A stretch of 64,000 nucleotides of DNA, taken from NCBI RefSeq assembly GCF_009914755.1, contig NC_060926.1; one strand, given 5' to 3'. Positions 10,497 to 23,579 of this stretch are shown here, one piece after another (the stretch's first letter is position 1; each line of letters opens with the position of its first letter). Under the pieces are notes generated by a model that was given only the letters and a program-made list of their open reading frames with translations, searched no databases and had not been told where the DNA came from. The DNA comes from the human T2T-CHM13v2.0 reference genome, Homo sapiens. The translations under genes and the position numbers were made by a program.

Positions 10497-13400
10497 AACC
10501 ATAAGGAGCCCAGTGTTCCTGTTCATGAAATCTCCCTTTTACTGGAAAACAGGAATATTGACTACCAAATCACAATGCAATTGAAGCCGTACTGCTTTTT
10601 TGAGCAGTTATTCATTCCAGTGATTAAAACTGATTGTGCAGAATATTCTAAGAGGTCAGAAATTGGTGTGTATAACTACATTTTTAGTGATGCAATTTAT
10701 TGATTAGTGAGTAAGATACTGTTTTTATTGAGAGATTTGATTTTTATAAAGTAAAAATACGGCTGCATTAGGGTTACAAACAGAAAAGTGTCTTAATGTC
10801 TAAGGAGGGCATATTAGCTACACTACAAAAACAAATTTTGTCTGTACTTCTGAAAAGAATTTTGTTGTTTCTCAGCTGTTTTCCAAAAGCAAAGGAAGTC
10901 TTTATGGTTTTTTTCTATTTCATGTTATTGTGATTTGTTTATAAGTTTGGGTGGGGTGCATACCATATTCTTGGTTCTTAAAATCTATCACTTTTCACCT
11001 TATACTTGATGTGTGAAAACTATAAAAACAATGTGTGAAACCCAGGGGTTCTAAAATACAAGCATAGATTTTATCAGGGTGTTTTGTCAAAGCAGGTTAT
11101 TCAGTGATTCCTCCCCACCATTCTTAAGAACGTTAAATAATGCTGTTGTGTTAGCTCTGAGTAGAAAGGAAAAAGTAAAACCTCTGTTTGGAGGTAATAT
11201 TGGGTTGAATTCTGACTGCCCCTTTCTAGCTGGACCTTTAACAAATCACCCAATCTTTTTTGTGTTTCTCTAAAGTCATTTATACATTAAATGTAATTAT
11301 AGCAACTGTGGGGTTCTGTTGAGAATTAAGAGCTAACACTATATATGTAAAGTTTCCAGTACTAGTCCCAGAATTTAGAATATGCTCAACACAAAGTAAA
11401 CAGCATTATATAAGTTTATATTTTTGTGAGTTATAAAGTACTTTGATATATTCTCATTAAATCTGTAAATCACCTCTATAAGTAAGTGGTAATAATAAAG
11501 CAGATATTTTTGTCCCCATTTAAAAAATGAAGAAATTAATGCTTAATAGGGTGGTACCCTGGAAAGGATCTGGGAAGTGGTAGAATTTCTGGTCTGTACT
11601 TTTACAAATGGAGCCCTTGGGAGGTGGGTTAGGTAAAAGAAGCTTTTTACTTAACGTTGTCTTATTTCCAGTCTAATTTTACGCTGTAGCAGAACCAGAT
11701 GGCTGAGAAAATTCTGGAACTATGGATCTTGACCCCAAGGATATATTATTTTATTCCAAGAAAGATCAGGTAGGCGAAAAGATGACAGGATACAGAGTCA
11801 ATCCATAAACTAAATATTTATAACTGTTCTGAATTATACAGAGTCTAAAAATATGTGTCAGCTACTTCATTCCTGTAAATACTCTTGCTGTGTTATAAAT
11901 ATGGCAAGAAATAAACATGACCAATATCAATAGACTTCTTGAGGCTACTATAAGTTTTGAGAAATAAGGTTCAAAAAATAAGAATGCTAACACTTAAGCA
12001 CAGACTAGAGCTTGCTTGGGTTTCTTCCTGCATTACAAGGTAAAAATTTGTTAATGTTTGTTTTTATTCAGCTTGGGAAAGCTTTGTGCCATGAATACGT
12101 CGCATTTAATAACAAGCAACACACGGCATATAGAAATAACTTTAATTAAAAAACTTACATAGAAGATTATAATATCAGACGTGACAAAGATTTGAGTTTA
12201 TTTGCCTGGACAACTTGGGTTTGTCTGGCTTTTGTTTTCTTTTTCTTTAAAAATAAATGTACAGTAAAACTACAAGCAAAAGTTTGTCAGTATTGAATTG
12301 AATTTTTTACCCCTTAAAAGGACTAGTATAATTTCCAATCTCTAACAAAAACTTAGTGTCAAATCTCACAGATAAGGCCAAATGGCCAATATTTTCAGTT
12401 ATGTGGGTAGTACAACTTGAGTAACCTTTTTTACATGACAAAAAGTGAGTTATATAAATTGTCCTCAACTTTCACATAGGAAAAAAATGGTTTAATAGCT
12501 TCAAAAGGAATTTTCTTTCATGTATACTCTTCAGTATCCAATATTGAAGCTTTGTTCTTTGAAAAATTTTAATTTCCAATCTAGGATGCAAGCAAGAATA
12601 TATGTTTATTTGAATAGAGTAAGCTATGGCAAAGAATGACCAAATTAGCTAGAAATAGAAATCAGCCAGAATTAACTAATTTCTTGCTAATCTAGAAATA
12701 CAATCATCTTTTTTTTTTTTTTCAAATTTTATACTGATAGGGCTTTACTGTTTGTGGCTCATTTTAAAACTGGTGTCTTCTCTTCATGAGACACATTAAT
12801 TGGTAAAACTCAAATTGAGTTTTCAAAGATGTGATAGTATTAAAGTGCACCAATATTTGACTCAAATTTGCTTGCTTTATTTTGTTAGGAGTAAACAGAA
12901 AGTAGCCTGTGTTTAGTCCCAAAGATAGCAGTGATTTTGAATAAAGGAGTTTTGTGTTGCCTGGATATATGAATTTCTGTAAATAACTTCTGTTGGTTAA
13001 ACATGTTAAAACAACAACAACAACAACAAAAAACTTCTGTCTCTATATTCAGGACGTTCAGATGTCTTTTATTAGTGGAAACCTGTGTTTTATCTATTCT
13101 GCAGCTTACATTTCATAGGGTAGTTCATACATGCATTTCCAAGGGGAGTGGGTCATTGCCAGTGTTTTAAAAACTACATAGGGGTGTGTGTGTGTGTGTA
13201 TGTTTATTTTATACACACATATTTGTATATTCTAATATATTACTAAGGCAATTTTAATGAATTACCATGTATATAAAAAAATAGCTGTCACTTGGCACAC
13301 AGGTTTGTATGTATGTGTATATATATATGTATGTATGTATGGTGTGGGTACATAGTCTTAAAAATTACCCAGTAATGTGATTTGACATCAAGTTGCAGCA

Positions 13401-13653
13401 ATTAATATCTTGGTGTTTGTAAGTAAGTTGCATGATAAACACAAATGACTACCACTTGTCTGTAGATGAAAATCTGGTTACCCTTATGGTTCCAGAAGGA
13501 AAAACAGACTTATCTTGCCTGTTTCATAAACAGCATAAAAGATTAATACATGCAGAACATGCTCTTATTCTGGAGGGGATGGGGGATCCAGAACAGGGCT
13601 TTATTTCCTCCCATCTTTCCTACATTTACATAGTTTTCTTAACCTGTTCCCTG
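10497..13653. other. Interval between the convergent stops: 3' UTRs of RPE (+) and KANSL1L (-)
   Basis: No recognisable TE; AATAAA on + at 11494, 11910, 12252, 12940; AATAAA on - (TTTATT) at 12063, 12197, 12605, 12876, 13068, 13203; exact cleavage sites cannot be read from sequence. Confidence 0.75.
13184..13345. repeat. (GT)n and (TA/TATG)n microsatellites in the 3' UTR interval
   Basis: gtgtgtgtgtgtgtgt at 13184-13199; tatgtatg/tatata runs at 13305-13340. Confidence 0.7.
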
Positions 13654-13884
13654 TCACCTATTTTTTTTAACATTAGTAAGTCCTAGACCAAAGGTTTTGT
13701 ATTCTTCCATTCCATCTGACTGCTTTTTTGGATGGTGGCCATTCTCTGGTACACTGGTACCGAAGATTTCACCATGGAAAGCTGTGCTTGACCTTTCAAC
13801 CTGATCCTTTTTTTCATCTTGACATAATAAGGCTGCCATGTCTTCACCCTTCAGTGGAAAAGCCCGTCGTTCCCACCACAAAGA
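13654..13884 (-). CDS. KANSL1L: KANSL1L last coding exon (SLWWERRAFPLKGEDMAALL...TNVKKNR*)
   Basis: tttcag|TCT acceptor on -, phase 0; TGA at 13656-13654; WERRxFPL motif shared with the KANSL1/MSL1 C-terminus. Confidence 0.93.
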   Translation of the reverse strand, partial: SLWWERRAFPLKGEDMAALLCQDEKKDQVERSSTAFHGEIFGTSVPENGHHPKKQSDGMEEYKTFGLGLTNVKKNR

Positions 13885-14737
13885 CTGAAAGGGGAAAAAT
13901 TTTCAGTTAAGTTTCAACTAACTTGTTTTGTTTAAATTCATCTAACAAGTAATCTGTACATGTCTATATTGTAATAATTGTTCTGTTCTTTAGCACATAA
14001 ATGTACAATTTTTCATTTCAACTTAAATAGCAACTCAAAATGGAATATATTGAGAATTGTTGAGTGACTTTTGGGATTTATTTCTTTACTTTGCCTCTGC
14101 CAAGAAGAGGAAATGCTGCCATAGGCAGTGGTCTTCATTTCCGACCTAAGAGTACTTTGGGAAAGTGTTCTTAGGTTTGATATACTTCTACAGTATCTTC
14201 ATTTTCATTATTAAAGGTACCTATTAACTTTTTCTTTCCTGAGCTTTCTGCAACTTGCCTATTAATTCTATAATCTCCATTCCATTCTAGATCTAGTTCT
14301 TTTTCAGTATCTATTTAGGAAGAAAGGTGTAAGAACTTTATGGATGCAGTGTTAGAAAGCAGTCCCTTTAAAGTAGGAACTGGGTCTGTGGTGAGGCATG
14401 TAAAAATCTTAAGATATGAGGAGAAAGAAATAGCAGCTAACTTTGGCCATGTAGCAGGTGCTATTCTTCATTAATCAGGTTTGTTTCGTAATGAAACTTT
14501 GATAGTACTTCCACTCTCTAATAGATAAATAAGTACTTGGAAGTTCGTATTGACTTGTTACACAAGGTGATTATAGTTAGTAGTGGACACAAAATGCTGC
14601 AATACAGATCTTCTATACCTAACTTATTGAATTTGTTATGTAATGATGTAATAAACTTAATTTTTTTCAAGTAGTTTCTACAAACAAGTAGTTAAAAGTC
14701 AAGGAATGGGAAGTTTAATCATACATATTACACTTAC

Positions 14738-14906
14738 CTTGGTTTCTTGACTTTGATTTAAAGAAGGTAAGCCATATGCACACAGATCCTGGTTCTCTGA
14801 AGGAAGCCCAGGAGGACTTGCAGCAGCACATTGCTGACTGCTACTGAAGTTATTAGGGTATTCTTTCAAAAGCAAGTCCTGTCCTTCAACATTTTTACTG
14901 TAAGCT
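14738..14906 (-). CDS. KANSL1L: KANSL1L exon ((R)AYSKNVEGQDLLLKEYPNN...SLNQSQETK)
   Basis: ttgctag|A acceptor and AAG|gtaagt donor; 169 nt, phase 2/0. Confidence 0.92.
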
Positions 14907-15812
14907 CTAGCAAGAAAATCAGGAAAACACAATTATTTTTTATTTTTTGAGGTCTTGAAAATTTATGAACAACCCAAGGTATCACTGAGTCAAGTTAACT
15001 TGGTAACTTTAAACAGTTTTGCCCAAAGATTTTTAAAAATTCCCCTGGTGCTATTTATTATTTATTTTCATACTCAGAGGATGAAATAGTACTTTATGAA
15101 ATATTTTACCGAATTATAACAGTTGTGGGGGGAGGGTTATTCTTGTTTTTTATTTGGGTTTGCTTTTGTCTTTTGTCTGACTAATTAAATGAAAGATGCT
15201 CCTTAACTAAAGTGACTACCAGACTTCACACAATCTTGCCTTTTTGAGTTTTGGCTATTTTAAAAATGATCAAATGTATAATAAATATAAAATAGGAATT
15301 TTCTCATATATATAATAATTATGTCTGATTTATTTCCCCTTCCCTCAAAGCTCATTTGTGTTTCTAAAAGTATTTTAGACTTTTTGCATTTTAGATTAAA
15401 CAGGTTTCTTGAGAAATTTTTTATTTTTTTAAAGAAAAACATATTTTGGAAGTAGTGATGTTAAAATGGATTACCTAAACTCCAGTCCCCAGTGTGAGGT
15501 CCATTATTAAAGTAGATTGAAATGACCTACTTTATATATACAGAGAATTTTCACATTATTTGTTAGTTAAATCCATTCCTGAGGCTGACAACATAAGAGA
15601 GGAAAATACAGAAACTAATTTCATCATTATATAATTAGCTCAAATATATTTTGAATACAAGCTCATTCTATGTAGTATTTTACTTCTGGTGCACAATAGC
15701 TGATGTTACAACAGCATGTTTTCCTTTTTACTGGTCTCACCCAGAATTCATGCAGAGGTTTTGTTCATTTCACATGGATTCTATGGCTTGGGGTTTTAAA
15801 TTTGTAACCTGC

Positions 15813-15925
15813 CTGCTGTTTCTTCTGTGCCACTTGCTTTGCTCCCATAGTGACCACCTGGCTTGCTCTCTCTCTTCATATTTTTTGTGCCTTAGGGAGA
15901 AGACTTCATCAGAAAGATCTTCTAT
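15813..15925 (-). CDS. KANSL1L: KANSL1L PEHE-region exon (IEDLSDEVFSLRHKKYEEREQARWSLWEQSKWHRRNS(R))
   Basis: ttccag|ATA acceptor; 113 nt ending at AG|gcaggt (GC donor, the only nearby donor that keeps frame); EDLSD..F..RH...E..E..RW motif. Confidence 0.9.
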
Positions 15926-15983
15926 CTGGAATTAGAAATAAAGATTTTTGTTTTAATCAGAAACATTTTGAAATATAAGATCA

Positions 15984-16270
15984 GGCTGGGCACGGTGGCT
16001 CACGCCTGTAATCCCAACACTTTGGAAGGCCGAGGTGGGTGGATCACGAGGTCAGGAGTTCAAGACCAGCCTGGCCAAGATGGTGAAATCCCGTCTCTAC
16101 TAAAAAATACAAAAATTAGCTGGGCATGGTGGCAGGCGCCTGTAATCACAGCTACTCGGGAGGCTGAGGCAGAGAATTGCTTGAACGCGGGAGGCGGAGG
16201 TTGCAGTGAGCCAAGATCGTGCCACTGCACTCCAGCCTGGGTGACAGGGCGAGACTCTGTCTCAAAAAAA
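15984..16270 (+). mobile_element. AluS (Sg-like) with 14-bp TSD
   Basis: gaaatataagatca at 15970-15983 and 16271-16284. Confidence 0.93.
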
Positions 16271-16424
16271 GAAATATAAGATCAGGTTTCAAAGAATTTC
16301 TCATGTAGAAAACAGTAGGAAGCAAACTAAAATAAATGCTATCTGTGTAAGTTGAGAGAACAAATGTTATGAGATGAACTCCAAATTCCTGTAAAAGGGG
16401 AGTCAAAATTTTTTAAAAATTATT

Positions 16425-16541
16425 TCATTATTGTTATTTTTAGACACGGGTCTCTGTCGCCCAGGCTGTAGTGAGTGCAGTGGTGCAGTCATAGCTCACT
16501 GCAGCCTTGAACTTCTGGGCTCAAGCAATCCTCCCACCTCA
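16425..16541 (-). mobile_element. Alu right-arm fragment
   Basis: gggtctctgtcgcccaggctg...ctcccacctca, then truncated. Confidence 0.75.
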
Positions 16542-17401
16542 AAAAACTTAAAAATACTTGTTTCCTATTGGTTCATATTTGAAGACTTCGGTAGGCTACA
16601 GATGAGTTCGTAATACTTTCCATTTGCCATAGCTTAGTACCAGTAGTCTTAATGTTTTATTCATTCAGGAGTTTTTATGGATTGTCCATTGTGGAGTACA
16701 TACTATTCTAAGAAGATGTTAATATCAGATAAAAGTAAAACTAATAATCTTAGACAAGTCAGCATTAATTTAATGAATGACTTATCTAGGTTTTGAACCT
16801 GGAATACTACCTTAGTTAGGGTGTTTAAGAATTTGGGTTTCTTGGCTAGGATCATTCAGAAGTAAGGAAGAATACATTAGAAGAGGAAAGGGCATTAGAA
16901 GGTAAATTTTAGTAGTTGAAAAACATGACCACTGGACATAGAAAGATTGTTACTTGACAGAAACCAAGTGTCTTCAACAGTGTCATCTTCTAGAGACCAT
17001 CACCTTGGAATTAGTTTGGTTATACAGTATTTTTCCCTATAATCTTATCTTGATACAATTTTATCCATACCTATTCACAACCCCTTACCTGCAATTCCAA
17101 AATCCAAAAATCTGCAAAAACAAATTTTTCATAATTCATTTGGTGACATAGCCTGATCTGAAATGATGTGAGGCTATTTTTAGTGTTTATCCAACTCAAC
17201 TATGAATATTTCACTACAGAAACATTAATGTCTGATTACTTTTACGCCCGAGACTCTACAGGTATTACGTGATATGTTTACCACATTACTTTTTTAAAGT
17301 CCAAAATTTTCTAAACCGAAGAGCAAATTGGTCCTAAGATTCTGAAAATGGCATTTAAACTTAAATAATGAGTGAGACTAATCTCATGCAGAAAAATATA
17401 A

Positions 17402-17779
<378 letters not shown>

Positions 17780-18004
17780 TTGGCTTTTTAAATTATTGTG
17801 TATTTCTATATTATGCTGGTAGTCAAATTTGCACAAAACATTTTTCGAATATTCTTTTAAAAGAACTTCCTTTTCATAAGTGAAAAGAAAAAAATCAGTG
17901 TAAGTTAAAGGGCTTATATATTCCTTTAGTTCCCTGAATGTCAAAGTAAGCAGGTTTCATAATACATAATGTGCAATTATCCCATTAAATGAAAGGCAGC
18001 TTAC

Positions 18005-18059
18005 CTCTTCTTTGCCTAAATTATATTCATCCAAAGGCTGAAGAACAACCATCCTCCAG
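18005..18059 (-). CDS. KANSL1L: KANSL1L exon ((S)WRMVVLQPLDEYNLGKEE)
   Basis: caacag|C and GAG|gtaagc; 55 nt, phase 2/0; completes the TPSWR motif of PEHE. Confidence 0.92.
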
Positions 18060-18865
18060 CTGTTGAAGATAAAAACCAATTTTAAACAGCTTTTATTTAT
18101 TTAAATGTGGCAATTTTATACTCAGCACAGCTAAATGTATTAGTGTTTCCTTGGCACTTCCATGGTTCAAATTGTTGTATTTTAATACTTAATTTTTTAA
18201 AAGAAAAACATTTGTATTATGAGAAAAGGACAAAAGAGAAAATGAGACTTTATTTTTGGCCTTATGGTGAATAGTCTGTTCTGTATAGCTGCATTTTATA
18301 CATAATAATTATGTACTGACTGAAGTCAGTGGTACGCTGATAAACTGGCCTGGCCAAAAAGTAACAGAGAAGGAAAAAAACCCTGGTTTGTATGTTTGCC
18401 AATTTCTTTGGTGTGAAAATACCTACCATAGCCCCTTTTGAGCCATCAGTAGTTTAATAACTGGCTCACAGAAGTCTTCTATATTTAACTATCTGCTCAG
18501 CCAGCTAGCTCCAGCCTACCATTGCAAGTTGAAATATATTTTTGCTATAGAACGTCATAGCCACAAATGTTATTACTTATGCAACAAGTATCCACAGATT
18601 GAGTTCTCATATAACTCTTCTAGAATATTATGCTCTTAATACCTCAAAGTAATTATGAAGTAGTAAAAGAAATGAAATTAGAATAGAGATGTATAGCAAT
18701 TGACTGAAATTGTCACCCACCTGTCTCTGTTTGCAGCCTTTTCTGTCTCTACTTCCTGGTGTCATTTATATTCTTAAGAAGCTGCATTCATGATTTCTAA
18801 AAAGTTTGGCTAACGTTACTGCCAGTAGGGAGCAGATCTGTGTATGGCATTCAGGGACCTCCACA

Positions 18866-18941
18866 AATCTGGACCTAACTTTGTCTCTAGCCTTCCATTA
18901 TCAATCTGGACCTAACTTTGTTTTTAGCCTTCCATTATCAA
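18866..18941 (+). repeat. 37-bp tandem duplication (2 copies)
   Basis: aatctggacctaactttgt(c/t)t(c/t)tagccttccattatc at 18866 and 18903. Confidence 0.9.
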
Positions 18942-19554
18942 CCTGCACAAAACAGTATCTGGCTAAGCCTTACACACTTGTCCTGTGCCTTTGTTGTCGT
19001 ATCCCTATGTAAATACCTTCTCCACCTTCCCATTCCTTCATGGATGACTTCCCAGACCTTCCCACTCATCTTTTGAATGTGTTTATTGCTGACTTGGCAA
19101 TGCATCAAAATCTTTTTTTTTTTTTTTTTTTTTTTGGTCACAGGTATTACTGTCTTACAGTGTGAATACCCCATGAAAACGTAGAACTCTTTGCAACTTA
19201 TGTCACACCTGTATCTTCAAGGGCAAGGATTATTTGTTGCTATAGTTTTTATGTCACTAAAGTACCTTTTAGTGTCATATACATAGTAGATAACACTGGA
19301 TAATAATAATAAAAAAGACTAAGAATGCTAAAGTAGTCTAGGAATTCCTAAATCTTAATAAAAACTGAGAAATAAAGTTGTGATACTATATAACACTTAA
19401 GGCACGAGTAATTTTTTTTTCACCGTTTCCCCTCCATGGCTATGAAGGAACTGGGAGAAGGATGCTCCTTTCATTAATTAAAATTCTTCACTTTGAAAAT
19501 TTAAGTTTATTAGGGAAGGAAGGAAGAAAAATATGAAGATGTAAGTATACATAC

Positions 19555-19679
19555 CTTGGAGTAAGTATTTCCTTATATTGGAGTTTCTCTAATTTAGCTG
19601 GGGCTACTAATGACATGGGAATCACAATGTTATCTATGTCATAAGAGCTCTCACTTCTCAATCTCCGTCGTGCAGTATT
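19555..19679 (-). CDS. KANSL1L: KANSL1L exon ([41 protein letters not shown](S))
   Basis: tttgcag|AAT and AG|gtatgt; 125 nt; DIxNIVIPMS...[13 protein letters not shown] is the hallmark of KANSL1/NSL1 proteins. Confidence 0.95.
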
Positions 19680-20509
19680 CTGCAAAACAGGATTACAGTA
19701 GATTTACAGTACTGTCTAGTTACTTGTAATGATACCCTCCTTTCATCAGTTATGTAAATATGGCAGTACATGTTACATAATTTTTGTAAATACATTGTTA
19801 TAAAGTCTGACTAAAAAATGTTAAGAAAACCAAAAAATAAAACATTTTTCTATCTTTTGTAAATCAGAACAATCTCTTGGTAGATGTGTAATGTGTATTT
19901 ATGTGTGCAAGCATACAAGCTTATTTTTAAGACCACAAAAAATAGGTCTTAAATGCAAAACTCTTTATCAGAAAAGACCAACATACATCACCCTAAATGT
20001 CAATGAAAATGATCAGTAACCACTTTTTATTAGGAAAGGCAGTGAAACATTTTTGGTCAGCCCTTCAGTATACTCTTCATTTATGCATTCCTGGTTCCTG
20101 AGTTTCGGAATTCATTTCTAAACCCTCCCACCTTTTGACCTCTCTATTCCCTGGCCAGATAACAAAAAAACAAACAAACAAACAAAAAACAGGACAAGAA
20201 CAAGAAAGTCCTGAATTCTCATTAGTAAGACTTTATTTAGCTTAATATGTTAAGGAATAGAGATGATCATGATAATGTTTAAATTTTTAACACATAAAAA
20301 GAAGCTATAACCAAATATTAATGAACTTTTAGCTTCATAGTTAAAAATAAGTTGTATGAATCAAATATATTTTCTAACAAGATAGTTATAAATGTCTGTT
20401 AATATGTGCTAGTAAGGCTGTTATAGATTAGCAAAATATAAATTATTTTCAAAATCAGGTGTTTTTATTTTTAAAGCTATTTTAGAGTTCAACATATGGA
20501 AAAACCTAC

Positions 20510-20625
20510 TCGTGATGAATTCTGGATTCTTGATAAAACGTTGACATTGGAAACAGCAGTAAAATTGCTATGGGATCCTGATTCTGTGTGTTGAAAATCA
20601 GATTCTTCAAGTTTAGTTCTTTCTC
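20510..20625 (-). CDS. KANSL1L: KANSL1L exon ((G)ERTKLEESDFQHTESGSHSNFTAVSNVNVLSRIQNSSR)
   Basis: ggcag|GA and CGA|gtaggt; 116 nt, phase 1/0, bridges the flanking exons in frame. Confidence 0.88.
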
Positions 20626-22128
20626 CTGCCATGGAAAGAACCATTGAATGTTACACATTAAACAAGTCTAATATCATTAGAATTACTTTCCTAATTAGAT
20701 GACAGGTGATTGATTCCTTGTTTTGTGTGTGTGTGTTTAAATTCGTGTATTAGAAAACAAAAAAGGAAATGAAAAAAGAGGAGCCTTACTTGCAGTCATG
20801 CCACAAGTTATTTCCATTTTCTGGGGCTTTGGCAGTTTTTATCGAATATATTTCTTATTGTTCCCTGAATAATCCCTCATCTCATCCCTTTATTCTTGTT
20901 TCCTGTGACTCCTATTCATAGTTGAACCACCAGAACTATCTTAATTTTCTTATCTAATCTCATTTTTCATATCTGACTTTTTATCCTAATTTATGTGAGG
21001 TATCTGTCCTTGGTCTTCTGAACACTCTTAATTTTTTGAAAAAATTCTGCTATTATAAGTACATGTTTCCGAAAGTACTTGTTCTCTGGTACTCTTTTTT
21101 TAAAACAGCATCCTGTTCTTGTTTCATAGATGAAATTTCTCATATCTCTCAGGATATTGATTAGAAGTTTACTTCTGTTAGTATTTTCTGTATATCTTCC
21201 AAGTTCTTTTTTTTTTTTTTTTCCTGTTTTGGTTCCCAGTTAGTGTGTGTGTGTGTGTGTGTAGTAAATATATATATGTATGCGTTTACTTACTGCCCTT
21301 ATTTTAGTACAAGTGTTTTAAAATGAGAATATTTCCTGCATAATATAAAATCTAATACCCAGTCCATATTTAAATATCTCCATTTGTTAAAAAAAAGTCC
21401 TTTATAGCTAGTTTCTTCAGATAAGGATCTATATATAAAAATTGGCCATTGTCTCCTAGGTTTCTTATAGTCTAGAATAAATCATTTTTCATTACATTGA
21501 CTTTTGACAGGCTGGACCAGATGTCCTACCCTTTTGGAATTGTCTAGTTATTTATTTGTAGTATGACATTTCTTTATTTTATTCCTGTATGTACATCAAA
21601 CTTGAAGTTAGATCTAAAGTGTCAGTCAATTTAAGTGAAACATTTTATATCTTAGGTAATGTATACTTCATGTTGCATCTTATTAGATGTTTTTAAAGCT
21701 TTATATATATATATAAGTTGAATCTTGTTGACTTTCTCAAAATCCTGAGGAATCTGCAGTGCATCAACATCTCCACAGTAGGTACCATAAATGGTTAACA
21801 GTTTCTGTAAGGCAACTTTGCACTAGCCTATTTTGAGCATAGAACACAACTTTGAAGATTAAATCCCATCCAGGGACTGATTGGTAGAAGACAACTAGTC
21901 AGGGAACATAGGAGGGAAATACTTAATTGCCATAAAGTGGGTAGATACCAGTCCACAAATAATTCTAAATTAACTACGAATATGCTGTTTCATGTTTGTA
22001 GACTCATAGATGTTTTGTGTTATTAGTGGCTGTTCTGGATTATAAACTCCCATGAGAGGTTATTTTAAAATCAGAATTTTTAATTTTTAATATTTATCAC
22101 TACTGCTTATATCCTCACTTTAACCTAC

Positions 22129-22254
22129 CTAATGCTGTTTCACTCAAATGTCTTTTCTTTCTTCCCTGTAACAGTTGTGCAGAAGATTCTGACCTTATTT
22201 GAGGCTTACATATAGGTGAATATCCATTTCTCCATTGATTCAGAGTACTATGTA
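22129..22254 (-). CDS. KANSL1L: KANSL1L exon ((V)HSTLNQWRNGYSPICKPQIRSESSAQLLQGRKKRHLSETAL(G))
   Basis: ttttag|TA and G|gtaggt; 126 nt, symmetric phase 1/1. Confidence 0.88.
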
Positions 22255-23579
22255 CTAAAACAAATGAAAAGGAAATATTAAGTTTTAGTTCCTTAACACA
22301 GACAGTGAACATGTCAATCTGTTTTTATTTGTAACTGCAGAATTTTAAGATACCAGTTCAAAATTACAGATAAACATAAATACCAAGACACACAACTCCA
22401 ACTAAAAACATCCCCAGGAATTTCCAGTTTCTTATATTTTCTCCATTTTTTTGAGGGGGATGAAAAGGGAAGATGATCTGTTCTCAAAGTCTTCCAAATT
22501 ACAGAAACTTGATAGAGTGAGGATTGGCTCAGATATATAAATCTTGGCGATCAGAATCTTTAAGTTCTTGCTTACCTTTAAATCTGGAAATAAGTTGGGA
22601 CCAAGTAAGATTCAACATGGTCAGACTAGACTGTGCGAGCAAGAACCAGAATCATTTAATATCTCTGATGCCTTAGTTGCATCATCTGTAAAATAGGGAT
22701 AATAGCAGCGACCTTGGATAATGATTACATGAGTTTATTCCTGTAGTAGTAAGTAAAAGTGTCTGATGTGATAAGTGTGCAGTAAATGTTAGCGTTATCA
22801 TGATTGTATATCTGAACCCCCTTATTTCCAGCCTTGGTCTAACAACCAAATTGGCTTCTTTTTTTGAAAGGTTTGGAGATGTGGAAAGGAGTGGAAAAAG
22901 AAATATGTAAGCTGAAGTGCCAAACTCACACTGAAATAAAGGGCATGGCCTACCAGCTGACAAGGAGTGTCTGGTTTCAAGATGGCAAATGACCCTAAAC
23001 ATGATAGACAAATATGTTTTACATAGGTACATGCACAGATAGGCACATATAAATCCACATTTGCAAGCAAAAAGTGGAACCTGTAAAGCAGAATTTCTGA
23101 GGAATCTCTAAAAGACTAATACTATATGGAATTTGAAGAGGAAACCCAGAGCAGAAGCACATAGTGAAGTACTGCCACAAAGATGTGTGACGCCACTAAA
23201 GGTGCTCTAGACCCACAAGAAAGGAAAACTGGGAGCAGGACAACTATCTGGATATTGACTGCACATGCCAATATCTCAGTCAGACTAACAGAATCAGAGC
23301 TTTAGGCAGAGAAATGAATGGTTGGAGAGAGAAGGCAATGCCCAGGTGCCCTGCTTTGAAATGTCCCGCCCATCCCCAAATTAGTCTGAAAATTTCAAAT
23401 GTTGTATAAATTCCCTTCCCATCAAAAGTGTCCCATAAACAGCAGTGGTAGAAGAGTTTTAACTGAGTATCACAGCTTCAATGATGAGTATAGAAAACTC
23501 CAAAAATCTGAATACCAACACAATCAAAAAAGAGGTACAAACCACAAGTGGAAGAACCATCTCAAGAAATAATGAAGCA

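Noticed and set aside
15651-15935. 94-aa + strand ORF
   Set aside because: Antisense shadow of the KANSL1L PEHE exon
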